Shown in pieces: positions 37,375 to 51,549 of a stretch of DNA of 64,000 nucleotides. Below the pieces are notes generated by a model. The model was not told the DNA's origin and did no database searches. It worked only from the letters and a program-made list of their open reading frames with translations. Origin of the DNA: Selaginella moellendorffii (taxonomy: Eukaryota > Plantae > Lycopodiophyta); the NCBI RefSeq assembly GCF_000143415.4, contig NW_003314296.1:1649858-1713857 (forward strand). Reading direction: 5' to 3'. The position numbers were made by a program, and so were the translations under genes. Within the stretch, counting starts at the first letter, position 1, and every line of letters starts with the position of its first letter.

Positions 37375-38210
37375 AAATATTGGAGGGACTTAAGTTGTGG
37401 CTGTCCGTATTCCATGACGTAGTGTGGCTGTGAGCCTCATCCTTGAGATCGCAAACAACGTGAATAGATAGGACATGTATGGATGCGCCGCAGTCACGCG
37501 CGCCATCACCCTTCGCAACGGCCTGACACGTGGCAGTATCGCTCGAATATCCGATATATTTTGTTTTGTTTTTTACTTTCGTTGTTCCTTCAAGGGCTCG
37601 CAAAGCCTTCACCTAGTGTAGCGTCGGAGCTACGACGCATCATTGCCGTCCATGCAGTATGATACAAGCGAGCAATACAATGATGGAAAGCTTTTGTCGC
37701 GAGTGGACGGTGGGGATGGGCTGGAATGGGAAATGTGGGGACTGCGTGGCCAACGGATCCTTGCGGAATGGGCGAGCGGATCAACGGCCTGGATTCGCCC
37801 GAGATCTTTGCGCTCGAGCTGGCGCGCCCGTGGCCGTGGATGGGGCAACATGGACGACTGCGATCTGGGCATTGGCGGAGAGCGCTGCTGTGGGGGAATG
37901 GATATTGTGAAAGACGCGAGGGAATCTTACATTTCTATACAGGGGTGAATAAGTTTTAGGGTTCCTGTTCTCCAGGTCTTCTTTCTTGGGGGGAGAATTC
38001 TCCCTGTTGATGCGATTCTTGTGGGATTTTGAGCTGGAGCATTCGATCGCAGGCAGCGGCGGATGAATTTGACTCACAGGATGGATCGTAGCTTGGATCT
38101 TGGAAGCGGCAGCTGTTTCCTTCGCAGTAATCCGGTATTTCGTCCTTCCGATCGGGCCTTGTAGCAATGTAGAGGTCGCAGCTTGGATTTTGCTATCGGG
38201 TAGGGCAGTA

Positions 38211-41200
38211 ATGGGGGATTCGGCGGTGCGTCCTTCTTGGAGCTGGGGTCTTCCCACTTACGAGTCGAGGAAGAATGCTGATGCCGAGCTTGGGGATGTG
38301 GCCGAGGAGGAGCCGCCAGTAGTGAAGAGTCCTCTACCCAGCAGCAGGAGGATGAGCGTTGCTAAGAGTGTCTCGCCAGACTCGGCGAAGAAGGCGCTGG
38401 CAAATCGAGTTTCCAGGCTCAAGGAGCGCGTGGCAGTATGTTTATTCTTTTCTATCTCTTGCTCCAATTTCTTGAATTTTCTTGTGTTTCCAGAGCGCTC
38501 GTGATGAATGTTTGGAACTAAGACAGGAGGCGAGTGATTTGCAAGAGTATTCTAATGCAAAGCTTGGAAGGGTGACGCGTTATCTGGGTGTTCTTGCTGA
38601 AAAGGCTCGAAAGCTAGGTAAGATTCTTCTACTTCGATTCTCTCCGCAATTCTATGTAATTCTTTGTTTCCTCGTACTGAAGATGAGGTTGCGTTGGACT
38701 CCGAAGATCGACAAGCCCCTTTGAAGAAAGAGCGAAAGAAACTTTTCAACGAGCTGCTTACTATCAAAGGTATAGAGAATTTCGAGTTGTGTGACGTTCG
38801 AATGAGAGCACTGTGGTTCCAGGAAATATTCGCGTCTTCGTTCGAGTGAGACCTCAGTTTGAGGATGAAGGGCCAATGGCAGTGTCTTTTCCTGATGACT
38901 ACACGATTCGCGTAAGCCTGACATCCGCTGGGAATGTCGGAGTGAGCCCTGGCCGGAAGGAGTTTGAGTTTGATCGTGTTTATGGTCCTCATGTTGGTCA
39001 AGGTAACGTATGGTCGTTAGTCGGTATAGATTGGACTCACCATTGTTTTTACTCCAGCGAGCATTTTTCAAGATGTCCAGCCTTTAGTGCAGTCTGCTTT
39101 GGATGGCTACAATGTCTGTATGTTTGCTTACGGGCAAACCGGAGCAGGGAAGACACACACTATGGTAAACTAAAGTTCCGGTTTTTGTTAAGGCTTACCA
39201 TGTGTCTTTTTACAGGAAGGGCCAAGCCATGACCGTGGTCTTTATTTTAGAGCATTTGAGGAGCTGTTCGATCTCTCTATAACGGATTCGACCTCAACCT
39301 CTAAGTATCTCTTTTTTGTTACCATGTTCGAACTTCATAACGAACAGGTACAAATAGTCTCATGCAATCACTGGCTCGTGTTCTTAACTTTGTGAACTAG
39401 GTTCGAGATCTTCTAGGCAATGGAGTGTCGGCAGGAGTGGTGCAAATGGGGACTGTATCTCTTGCCCAACAACGAGTCGACAATCCCGCCGACTTTGCTC
39501 GTGTCTTCAGAATGGGCAATCAGAGTCGTGTAGAGGCCTTGAAGTCGGAAAGAGTGAACAGATCTCACTTGTAAGCTGGTTCTTTTACATTGACATATTT
39601 GATTCGGGTGCTTTTCAGGATTGTCACTGTTCATATCCATTATTCGAATACAGTTTCCGGCGAAAAGCAGTATAGTAAGCTGTCTATGGTGGATATGGCG
39701 GGAAGCGAAAGGCTATCGGACTCTGAAGCCCGCGGGAACCGACTGACAGAGTCACTACACGTTAACAAAGCTCTTTCTGCGTGAGTAAAACTTGTTTGCT
39801 AAGTACATGTCCGACGAGTATTAGTTTGCAGATTGGGAGATGTTGTTTCCGCTCTAACTGCGAAGAAGGAGAATGTTCCCTACAGCAATTCAAAGTTGAC
39901 TGAGATCTTTTCCGATGCCTTGGGTACGTTGTTTTTGCTACTGAAGCATTCATTGACTTTGAGTACAGGTGGTGAGGCGAAAACACTGGTGATTATAAAC
40001 CTTTGTCCAAGTTACAACAATGTTCAGGAAACGGTGTCATCTCTCAATTTTGCTACTCGTGCACGTAATGTTGAGTTAACTATTGGAAATCGTGACACCA
40101 TAAAGAAATGGCGAGATCTGGTACGGCATGTGCACAATCCTTCCATTGTCTTTCTGAAATTTTTTTCGGCAGGCAAATGATGCCAGAAAAGAATCCTACG
40201 AAAAGGAGAAACTAGTCTCTGATTTGCAACAAGAAATCATGAGAACGAAGAAGTCCATGAAAGATTCGGATGATCAATGTCTGCTGCTTTTCAACGAAGT
40301 ACAGAAGGCTTGGAAAGTAGCTTTTGACCTTCAGGCTGAACTTGGCGTGCAACAAGCTCACATCAGTAAGCTTAAGGTAGAGTTCTCCATTATTCGCTAT
40401 GTCGACAAAGAAAATCTTATATTCGAGTTCAGGTAGAAAGTAGCGAGTATGGAGAAAAGTATCGTCTTGAGAAAGAAAGAAACAGTCAGCTTAGCTCTCA
40501 AGTGGCGCAGCTGTCAAAAATTGAGCAAGATCAAAGAATCGAACTCCTTGATCGTGGAGAGCAGATCCAAGTACTTGAGGTATGTAACAAATGGTGCTAT
40601 GCAGAACTTTCACTGATATGTTTCTGCAGGCAAAGATCAAAGAATTGCAGCAGCAAGTTCCACGCAGGAGTGTTGATGGTAACATATTTAAAAATCCAAG
40701 ACAGGACTCTTTCAAGAAAGAAGAAACTGAGACTGTTATTGCCGTCAAACTGAAGCTCGAGGAAGAGCTTTCAAAACGGGACGAGCTCATAGAGGTGTGG
40801 GTATTTCTCTTGTTTTTTTCTAGTATTCTCATGCATTTTCGTGCAGCGTCTGCACCAAGAAAATGAGAAGCTGTTTGAACGTTTGACCGACAAAAGTGTA
40901 AATTCTCCAAAGGCAAGCTTTTTATTTCCTTTTGCAGAACTTCTCTCAGCCCTGTTTGCAGGTTCCTCCTCCGCCAGAGAATAAAGAAGTAGACGGCTAC
41001 GATTTAGATGAACCGGCCAGGTACGCTTATGACGGTCTGCTCATTACTTTTTCTCAACACTTTCTGTGTGTCACAGAAGCGGGAAGAAAACTGAAAGTGG
41101 GTCTGTAACTCCGGGAACAGTTGCTCTCTTGAAAAGTACGGAGAAAGTGAAGACTACACCGGCTGGGGAGTACCTTACCTCCGCTCTGGAGGACTTTAAT

Positions 41201-43357
41201 CCAGATCAATACGAGGGTCCGGCAGCCATTGCTGATGGAGCGAATAAGCTTCTTATGCTGGTACACGTTATCTTTCGAGCATTTACAGCGCGTTAACTGG
41301 TGTTTTGTTTCTCTACCAGGTTTTAGCTGCCGTCATCAAGGCAGGCGCAGCAAGGGAGCACGAAATGCTAGCCGAAATTCGTGGTGCTGTCTTCTCTTTT
41401 ATCAGAAAAATGGAGCCTTTGAAGGTTATGGACACCATGCTAGTTTCGCGCGTCCGGATCCTTTACATTCGTTCTCTTCTATCTCGTTCATCAGATCTCC
41501 AAGCTATCAAAGTACGTACAAATTCCAATTTCTTTGCGGTTATGCTGATTGTATTTCTCGGTGGATGTAGATGCCACCTGTGGAGCGGTTCTTAGAGCGG
41601 GCCAGTGCGTCGCGTAGCAGAGGACCGAGTAGAGGGAGCAGCCCTGCTAGATCTCCGATTTGGCAGGATTCAAACTCGCGGAAAGATTTTTACGAGGACA
41701 TTCCAACTTTTAAAGTTCAACTGAAGCAAGAAAGAAAGTCAAAATTCTCTTCTATCGTATTGAAGCTCAGAGGAATTGATCAGGTACGTAGCAACACGGC
41801 CTTTTTTCTTTCTTTCTTTCTTTCTAATTTGTTTTTTCTTGAGCAGGAGACGTGGAAACAACATATCACTGGAGCTAAGTTACGAGAAATGACTGAAGAC
41901 GCAAGACAATATGCTGTGAGCAATAAGATGTTGGCAGCTTTATTTGTACATACACCTGCTGGGGAGCTGCAAAGACAAATACGGGCATGGCTAGCCGAGA
42001 ACTTCGACTTTTTGTCTTTGACTGGAGGCGAAAGCAATGGAGGTGGTGCCGGGCACTTGGAGCTTCTTTCCACTGCAATTATGGACGGCTGGATGGCTGG
42101 TCTGGGCATGCCTTCTGGGACCAGCACGGACGCACTTGGTCAGCTCCTTTCAGATTACACAAAACGTGTTTATACCTCTCAATTGCAACATCTCAAGGTG
42201 TGGCTCAAAAAACTTTGCATGTTTGTTTGCACTACTGAGATTCTTTTGTTTCAGGACGTTGCAGCTACGCTAGCGACAGAAGATGCAGACGATCTTTCTC
42301 AAATTTCAAAGTTGAGATCTGCCTTGGAGTCTGTGGAACATAAACGTCGAAGGGTATTATATAGTTTAGAGTTTGCAGCTTCTAAGTGTTCTTTGAGCTA
42401 TGCAGATCTTGCAGAGCATGCGCACTGACGTTGCACTGTTGACTAAGGAAGAAGGTGGATCGCCGCTGCGAAATCCTCCTACAGCTACCGAAGACGCGCG
42501 CCTGGCGTCGCTGATATCAATCGAAGAGATCGTGCGAAGTGCCCAGGTTCGTATCTCTTAATATCCGTTTGACCATACTTTTCAACGCTAAACTCTCGTC
42601 ACTGCAGGACATTTTAAGCGAAGTCTCGCACAAAAGCATCACGGCAACGAGAAAGCGAGCTCTGTCGGCGCGTGTGAGCGAGCTCTACGGCAGGATGTCG
42701 TCACTGCTGGCCATCGACCAAGGCTGCGCCCAGAGGCATCTCATGGAGATGAAGAAAGCGGTGGAGGTACGTAAACTTTGTTTCTTTCCTAGAGCTGAGC
42801 TTGACAACGCTTTCCAGTCGGTGGAAGAACAACCGGATACAATGGCGAACCACTCGAGAAGCCGGCTATCCTCGGACGAGATCCCAGTCCCCGGGGAGCT
42901 CTCCTCGTCATCCGACTGGGGTGACGCCACCTCCGACCTGGGAGTCCAGCAGTGGAGCGTTCTCCAGTTCAACAACGGCACGGCGACGCCGTTCGTGATC
43001 AAGTGCGGCGCTACGCCATCGCTGGAGCTGGTGGTGCGAGCGCAGGCAAGCCTGGGTGACAAGTCGGGGCGAGAGACCGTGGCTCCCGTCCCGGTTCCAG
43101 CGGCACTAGCGGGGCTGTCACTGGACGAGATGCGAGAGGTGCTGTCGCCGCTTCCAGAGGCCCTGTGTCAGCTAGCTCTCGCGCGGACTGCCGATGGAAC
43201 GCGAGCAAGGTACGCGAGGCTGTACAAGACGCTTGCGGTCAGAGTCCCGGCGCTCCGGGGCTCCATCAATGGCGAGCTTGTGACTCCATCGCCACAGCAG
43301 CAGCAGCAGCAGCAGCTACAGAGGCAGTCATTGTCTTCTGCCAAGCAGCAACAATAA
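38211..43357 (+). CDS. KAC: Kinesin-14 KAC/KCA (chloroplast-movement kinesin-like protein), ~23 exons
   Basis: [27 protein letters not shown], motor ([23 protein letters not shown]), [38 protein letters not shown]. Confidence 0.95.
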
Positions 43358-46285
43358 TAACGAGAAATCTCAAAAGTAAGTGATTGAGAGCAAGAGAGAG
43401 AGAGGCATTTTTTTTTCTTATATTCTCCCACACACGGCTTTGTGGCTTTGTTTTCCCGTTTTACTCCTCTCCTTGGTTTACTTTGAATGGAGATTTTGTG
43501 TATATTAATCATTTTCTTTTCTCTGTTTCTCCTTGTAAACTTAAATTACAGTACTTTAAAGATTATCTCAAGTAGAAAGTTAACCTCTTGAAAGGTTTAC
43601 TTAACTAAAATATATTTGGGTTTGTTATTTGTTTATTAGATGATTCTTGTATTTATAATTTATAAACTTTCCTAAACACTTCTTAGTATATTCTTGTTTA
43701 ATCTATGGTTATAAACATGTTTATAATTTATTTATTCAAAAATACTAAATAAAGAAAACCAAGCAGCAAATTTTTTAGTAACATAAATAAAACAAAGAAA
43801 GCTAGATATTTATATTATTACTATGGGAAATTATATAAACCTTAATTAATCTACTATTATAAATATATTAAAGTTTAAAAAATCAGAAGATGTTATTGAA
43901 TGAGAAAAAAGTTAAGTGTTAAAAAAGGAAAGATTAAAGAAGAAAAATGATAATTAAAAAATAATTACAAATTAATATATATAATTAGATATAGACTAAA
44001 ATTATTATATAAAAAATTATATTTTTTCTAATTAATATAAAAGTATTAAATTATTTTTCTTAATATAATATAATGAGACTAAATGAAATTAATATTGAAT
44101 GGCAGTGCATTTAAAAATACCTTACATCCCTCTTTGGTGCCTTTTGCAAACTTTGCTTTCTTCTTTGCACCAACCAGAAATATTTTTTAAAAAATATTAA
44201 AATTATCACAAAATTTTTTAAATTAATTATATATTTTTAGTGGACTATAATTCAATAAAATATAGTATTTCTAAATTTATTTATTTGTTACTAAGAAAGA
44301 AAGAAAGATTTATGCTTTAAGAATTATATTTTAAGGTAAATATTATTCTTTTTCTTTAAATTTTATGATTTATTTAATAATAAGTAATTTTATTTACTAT
44401 TTTAGTTAAAATTAAATTCCTATAAATGAATTATATAGTAAACACTAACTTCTCAAAACTTGCAGAATTATCAATTCCAAAATAAATGTATAAATAATTA
44501 AGTAGAAATACTTCAATCTTGGTGACTATTGTGATATAGCTTATAAATTTATAACCATCATCAAAATCAAAAGAATTAGCTGAAGAGTATTAAATAAATA
44601 TTGTTTTAGTAAATACCAATATTTTTAATTAAGTGCATATTAGAGTTAATACTTTAGTAAGAAGAAATTAAATAAAAGTTTTATTAATTTATATTAAACT
44701 AAATTAATTAATGTTTGAAAATTATTTAATTAATAAACTTTTTTCACATGCTACTCATTTACACCTTAAAAATTCCTATAGTTTTAAAGTTTTGCTTTTG
44801 TTTTTAGCAAAACTTAGTTTTGCTAGCAAATAACTTACATTCTATACCTTTAGTTATTTTTATTTTTTTTTAGTTCACTTAATCAAACCTGCAAGGGATT
44901 AGATACTAAGAATATACTTGAGTATTCTAGGATATTCTACCATCAAACGATTAATATTCATTTAAATTGATCTATTCTTATAATTTATAATCTTTTTTTT
45001 AGTATATCTTAGTTTGTTCTAGATGAATATTGTGTTTATAGATTAAAACATGTTTATACTTATAATCTTCTACTAAACATAAGCTGCATGGTTGGCAAAG
45101 TTTTTCATATATTATCAATAATCTCTTACTGGATCTTTAGGACACCTTTTAAACCACAAAACACTTCATGAAAGCTTCACAACCTAGATCTTCACAATTC
45201 CCACCAACTTGCCATTGTCCATACCATTGCACAATAAAGGGTGAACATTTCCCCAATATCCTTTCAGATCAATGCTGTAAGATGATATATGATAGACTTT
45301 CAATCAATTGTATGTTCACATCCTAAAACTGCAAATTGAACATTGAGTTCAAGTTGGAGCACAAAAAGGAATTTAGCCAAGGGTTGAAAAGCAAAAGTAT
45401 GCACACATTATTTAGGCTTTGGGAAGTTTTTTCCCAATTGTGTCATAGTAAGTTCTTTTGAGAAAACATGATGTTATTCACAAATTTAGCCAAATATGAG
45501 GCAATTAGGAAAGCAAGCACAATAGCAGCACACCCCAGCTCATTTAAAAACTGGACATTATTTTGGCTGTAGCTGGCAATCTTATTTAATATCCCACTAT
45601 CAAGCAATGCTCAGTAATTCAAACACTATTTAAGTTCTTATGGAGATTGACACATGCATGTGATCACTAGCTTTGTTTAGCACTCTCTTCACAGAGCTAA
45701 CGTATCTGCATGGTTGAATTCAAGCTTTTAATTCATGAATTTGTTAAAAAATCCATGGAGTAATACCTGAGCTCGACACAATTGAAATTGAGGGATGTAT
45801 TATGCTTGAGGGATGCATGCATAATACATGTAAAAATTACCTCTTCTCTCACAATAGCCAATGGGCATGCAAGTTGTGTTGGAGAGCTACTGCTGAGACA
45901 AAACTTTATCAAAATATTCAATAAGACATAATTAAGAAAATATAGATTTGATAGATTGGATTAATAAATAAGAATAATTAAGCAAACCAAACATATAAAG
46001 ATTCCATGAATATACAACCAAAATGAATATTCAAGACCTCCTAGCCAGAAAAATTCATGCAGGTAGTAAGCAGCATTATGTATTCAAAACAGTAACAGTT
46101 TCAGCAAATAACAGCAGCAAGACCAGGATTAGGATCATTCAGGATCCAAAAGGAGGAAGTAGCAGCAAAGGAAAGCCAAGCAGGAAACTTTGAGTGTAGC
46201 AGAGAAGTAGTAGCAGTAAAGGTTATTATCTAGAAGCAGGATTAGAAGCTACACTGAAATGCAAATAAAATCTTATAAAAGCTTA

Positions 46286-46977
46286 CCTGTTACAATGAGA
46301 GGCCTCTCCACTTTCGCAAGCTGGTCCCATGCCATGATCAGAAAAGCTCGATGATTCTGGCCAAACACCTGCAAACATAGGAATTCGATTATAATCAAAG
46401 TCAAACGTTCACAAGAAATAAACAATGCCTACCTGAATCCAAAACACCAATGATGATAATTTTGGAATACTTTGTCGACAGCAGTTATGTTTCGCTAGTT
46501 TCACTGATACCGAAAAAGGACTCGTCTCCATTTCCATGGAAACCGAGAAATTTTGTGTATGTAGCTCATAATTTAGATTGGGAAAAGACAGAAAGCACAC
46601 CTGCAGAAAGAAAAAAATTTAGTTGAAAAGATAAATATAAATACTGAATACGATCAATCTTAGCAGCTGCTTCTTCTGTAAGACGAGATGAGAAGCCAAG
46701 ATATCCATGGTTGTAGCTAAAACCCAGAGCAGCTTGAGAACTGATTCAGGAACAAATGAAATTATCTGGGCATTGAATTCTAGAAGAACTTTCTCCAAAA
46801 CAGCGTAGTACGACTTGTCAATATGTCTAAAGTAAATGATGTGCGTGTCTCCTCCCTGGAAAACAATTGTAAGAAACAAGGTGAATGGTTGCAAAGAATC
46901 GATCAAACCTGCGAGCTAGCCACGCCAACCAAACTGATACAATTTCCAAGGACTTCAATAGCATAGAGAAAGCTATG
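46286..46977 (-). pseudogene. Subtilase 5' pseudogene fragment related to the 56-64 kb pair
   Basis: [58 protein letters not shown] with stops and frameshifts. Confidence 0.82.
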
Positions 46978-47075
46978 TTGTGAAAACGAGTAAGCACAGC
47001 GTAAATTTTGAAAGCACGTCTGCATGTAAATGCTCACACGACCCTAACCAAAAGACAAAGGCCTAGCTGATGGAT

Positions 47076-49078
47076 CTACAAGTTGCAAGGCCGGAACACG
47101 TTAAAGCCATCGCCAGCGGTAGAAACCAAAAGCCCGTGAATTTGAGGATGCCAGTGCACTTCCTTCATATCCTTCTGTCCCTGCAGCGAGTGTTAGAAAA
47201 CGGAGCCCAAAAGTTCCCAGCTTGCCTGGTGAACGAAAAGCAGTTGGGCCGGCAAGTTCTCTGGAGCCGCCGCTTGCTCCTGTCCCAGCTCCATTTGGTA
47301 TTGAGCCTCTTCCTCGGTATCACGCTCCAGCGCTACGTCCCAGATACTACACAAGTGACACTTTAGTTCTTGCGCGTTGACGAAACTAGAGGCTTACGTT
47401 AGCTGGTTGTCCGCAGAGGCCACAGCCAGAGTGGACTCTTCGTGGGGGCTCCATTCGATCGACGTGATATACGAACTATGGTGCGTGAAATGCGCCACGG
47501 CGGAATCTTCCTAAAACCGAAGAAGTTATGCAAGATTAGCAGAAAAGTATCAAAAGGGGGTAATGTACTTACTTTGAACGCCCGGAGATCCCACACGCGG
47601 AAGAGACCATTGTCACTTCCTGACGCTAGTAGGCAGGATGCCGACCTGAGAACAGACTAGTTAGATAAACGAAAAAGAAGTAGAAAATTGCACTTGTTTT
47701 TGTTCCAGGAGATGACGTTAACGTCTGTGTCATGAGCTTTTACAGACAGCTCTTTTCTTCGAGATCGTAAATCCCAAATCCCAATGGTTTTGTCTACTGA
47801 GCAAGAAGCAAACACATTTTCCTCTGAAGGACTCCACTGATCAAGCACACCAGTTAGAACAGATATGAAGTGAAAATAATACAACCTGTAAGTCCTCGAC
47901 ACTGCCACTATGTCCAAGGCAATGCGCGTTCCCCACGTTCCATCTTCCCCCAGGCATCGGCTCCCAGAAATGGATCACTCCCTTGCAATCCCCTTGTATG
48001 GAAACCTTAACTTAGCACATAGCCTAGCACGAGTCCGAGACAAGTTACCAGAAAGGAAACGTCCGGGAGTCATCGGGCTCCAATCCATGGCAAAACCTTC
48101 ATCTTTATGCGCTTTACATATTTGAAGAGGAGGATGGGAGGTACGTTTGCTGCTTCCAGCGTCATTGTTTGTAGCTACAGCATTAAGTTGGGACGAAAAG
48201 TCCCACATCTGAAGGAAGAAAAACATCACACACACGTAGAGAACTATTGTTGAAAACAAAAAACTCAAACCTGGACAAAGCCTTCAGCAGACCATGATGC
48301 AACAATATGAGGTTGTTGTGGCATGGATCGGATGCGATTCACACACCCCTGGTGAGGCACCATTCGTTCCTAAAGAAAAACATAAGAAAAATCAATACAA
48401 GCTGAATTCCACAAAAAAGACAGAAGAGAGAATTACCTCCAGCTTAGGAATTTTACTCGACTCGTCTGGTGCGGGCGTTGGCGTTTCTTGGTCTTGTTCA
48501 TCCTCGCTATCGTCACTCTCGCTTCCACTCTCGTCGTTGGGAACAGCGTTGGGCGATCGTTTCTTTCCAGTCAAGTTGGACAGCTTCACGATGGCAATTG
48601 TGTTGCTGGTCGACGCATCTGCCTGCCAGTTACACGTAAAAACGCTACCTTTTAGAGTTTTGATCCGAAATGAAAAGAAGAACAACCTGTGTTCCGGCCA
48701 CGCAAAACATCGTGTGAGGAAATTCATGTCGCAAAGCTCCCAGTGTATCTCTCACGATGTCAAAGCTGAAATGTAAAAATTACAGCACACAATGGAAATG
48801 GAGAAAAAGCTCTTTCAACGAAGAGAATTTTAAAGAATACCTCAAACACGGCCATCCCAAGTGAAATGCGTGAAGGCAGTCATAAGTAGATGGATCGAAT
48901 TGCAATTCCTCGTCCTTTTCCAGCGTATCAACTCCAGGACGCCATACCTGGGATGCTATCTCAATCCAATCTCGCTATCTCAATCGCTCACCTTTGGAAC
49001 AGGGGCGGGCGGGGCCGATGGAGCCGCCACATTTCGCCTGACCGCCGCCGGCCTTCGCTTCTTCCCTGTCCGCGCCAT
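47076..49078 (-). CDS. GRWD1: Glutamate-rich WD repeat protein 1 (RRB1/HTD1-like)
   Basis: [79 protein letters not shown]. Confidence 0.93.
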
Positions 49079-49318
49079 AAACCCTAAATTCGTGGTTTAG
49101 GGCTTTGGTGTTTCGTCCACCTCAGCAGTCCATGCAGCCGGCCAATCAGCGTTGCCGAGGTACACCGACGCGGATTGTGCTTTCTCAAACGCATCCCAGC
49201 CGTGCGTTGCATCTCGGTCGTTACTATTTAAGAGTCATGCGCTCCACTGTTCTTCCATTTTAGGGTTTTTAGAGCGGGGCAAACCCTTGCGCTTCGTCTT
49301 CGGCTTTGCGATTTCTCA
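49079..49318. promoter_or_regulatory. Bidirectional promoter between GRWD1 and H3.3
   Basis: 240 bp between the two ATGs; telo-boxes AAACCCTAA (49079) and TTAGGGTTT (~49260), CCAAT, octamer-like CGCGGAT. Confidence 0.65.
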
Positions 49319-49926
<608 letters not shown>

Positions 49927-50329
49927 GCCATGGCTACCAGACTGCTTCTACCACTACTACTAGTACTGCTGTGATTGATATAAAAAGCTTTCTTTGATAT
50001 ACCTTTCCTGTAATATACTACTACTGCTAGTTTGACTCTAAACAATCCCAAGGTTGTTCTTTTAGATTTGGTCTATTTTTCAATTATATTCTTTGTTTTG
50101 ATCTTAATCATTTGGAGCTCAGTTAATAATGTGTTGTGGGGCAAGTTCTCTCGTGATGTGTTGCAAGCTCTCCCAACTTGTATTGCTCGAAGCCTTCTCT
50201 CCAGTCGAGCTCAGAATCTGCAACGCAAAACTTACCTGGTGACAAAACCATGAGTTTTTCTCGACCAACTTACCAGTATTTCAATGGATTCTTCAGTGGC
50301 ATCTTGAAACTTGTCTGGAGAGGAACTCC

Positions 50330-51260
50330 ACCAGAGTTATTTTGTTGAATAGAAGGAACCACTGTTTGGCCAGTCTTGTTCGTGGTTTCCACTGTTCAAT
50401 CAGTGGGAGAATCTAACACTATGATCGCCTTCCAAGCATGTATGGAACTCGCCTGCGACTCCTGATATCATTTCGATGAGTTGATCCCACATAGACACAT
50501 ATCCAAGCGCATACGCAATGTCTCCAACGTGAGAAACCATGTCGTAGTTTTCCACATCTTTCAGCAGGGAATCTGTTGTTTGTAGAGCACCGTGGCTGTA
50601 GCTATTGTATTGATTCGATCCATCTCGCTCTTTCTGAAAGAACCGTTGATCCATACATGAGAACAAAATTTGTATCGATTAACACCTTTTCAAGATCTCC
50701 GAAACTACTATTCTGCCTCAACAAAGGATCTCACACCCTATAGTCCTTCAAGTGCGCTACCACGAATTTCACAGTTTTTGCAATGTAAGCTCACGACCAA
50801 GAAGAACATGTTTTACACTTGAAATTTACCACACATGTCTCCACGACTATAAGTTTGTGTAACTCCTGGAGAGGCCCAAGTTTCGTCCGATTCATGTAAT
50901 CCCTAAAGAACAAAAGGCTTGGCTTCGTGCGTTCCATATCCACTCGTCCAGGCAACAAGAGATCTGTTTTAAATTACCTGAAACTGGCTGGAGGGAAGAC
51001 CCCAATCCAATCTGAAACGTGATCATGGGCGGAGGCATCGAGATTTTTGAAGAAGACCTTGACATTCGCAACATTCTGGAAGTGTGCAAAGGACGACATG
51101 ATCACAAGTAAATTTCTTAGCTGACCTTGGATGGTAGGAGAAACACGAATTTCAGCCAAACTATCAATGGCATTGTCAAAGTTAATGCCGGAGCAAGGGT
51201 GCTGCTCGCCATAGCTAAACAGCGATCACAAAAGAACAATTAAGAGGATCCATTGACCTG
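50330..51260 (-). pseudogene. Purple acid phosphatase (nucleotide pyrophosphatase type) pseudogene
   Basis: SDWIGVFPPA, FGDL.K.ERDGSNQY, HVGDIAYALGYVSMWDQ; frames broken and C-terminal half missing. Confidence 0.8.
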
Positions 51261-51549
51261 GTACCAGTGTTTTTTCATGTTGTGTGAAGTAAGCATATTC
51301 CTTAAGTATAACTGCTTAGTTCGCGTTTAACATTTATCAAAAATTTCGACCGTACACCTTTCGTGCTTTGCTAGCCACAAACTGAGGATACCACAACACT
51401 ACGTGGCACATCCTCAGTGGCCTCTCGAGATTTGCTCTCTACACGCTGGCAAATCTCCTGGCTGATATATATCCCCGTCGCAAACGCTCAGCCTCCATCG
51501 CCCTCGCTGTGCTTGCTCTCTTCTTTGTCTTCCTTTCTTCGTCTTAGAT

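Noticed and set aside
37643-37948. 101-aa ORF upstream of KAC
   Set aside because: No recognisable motif; probably promoter or 5' UTR sequence
39540-39720. Degenerate kinesin switch I (VNRSH)
   Set aside because: Divergent motor motifs are already known for KAC/KCA kinesins
43560-45950. Extremely AT-rich block
   Set aside because: Probably old deaminated TE sequence; no supportable feature
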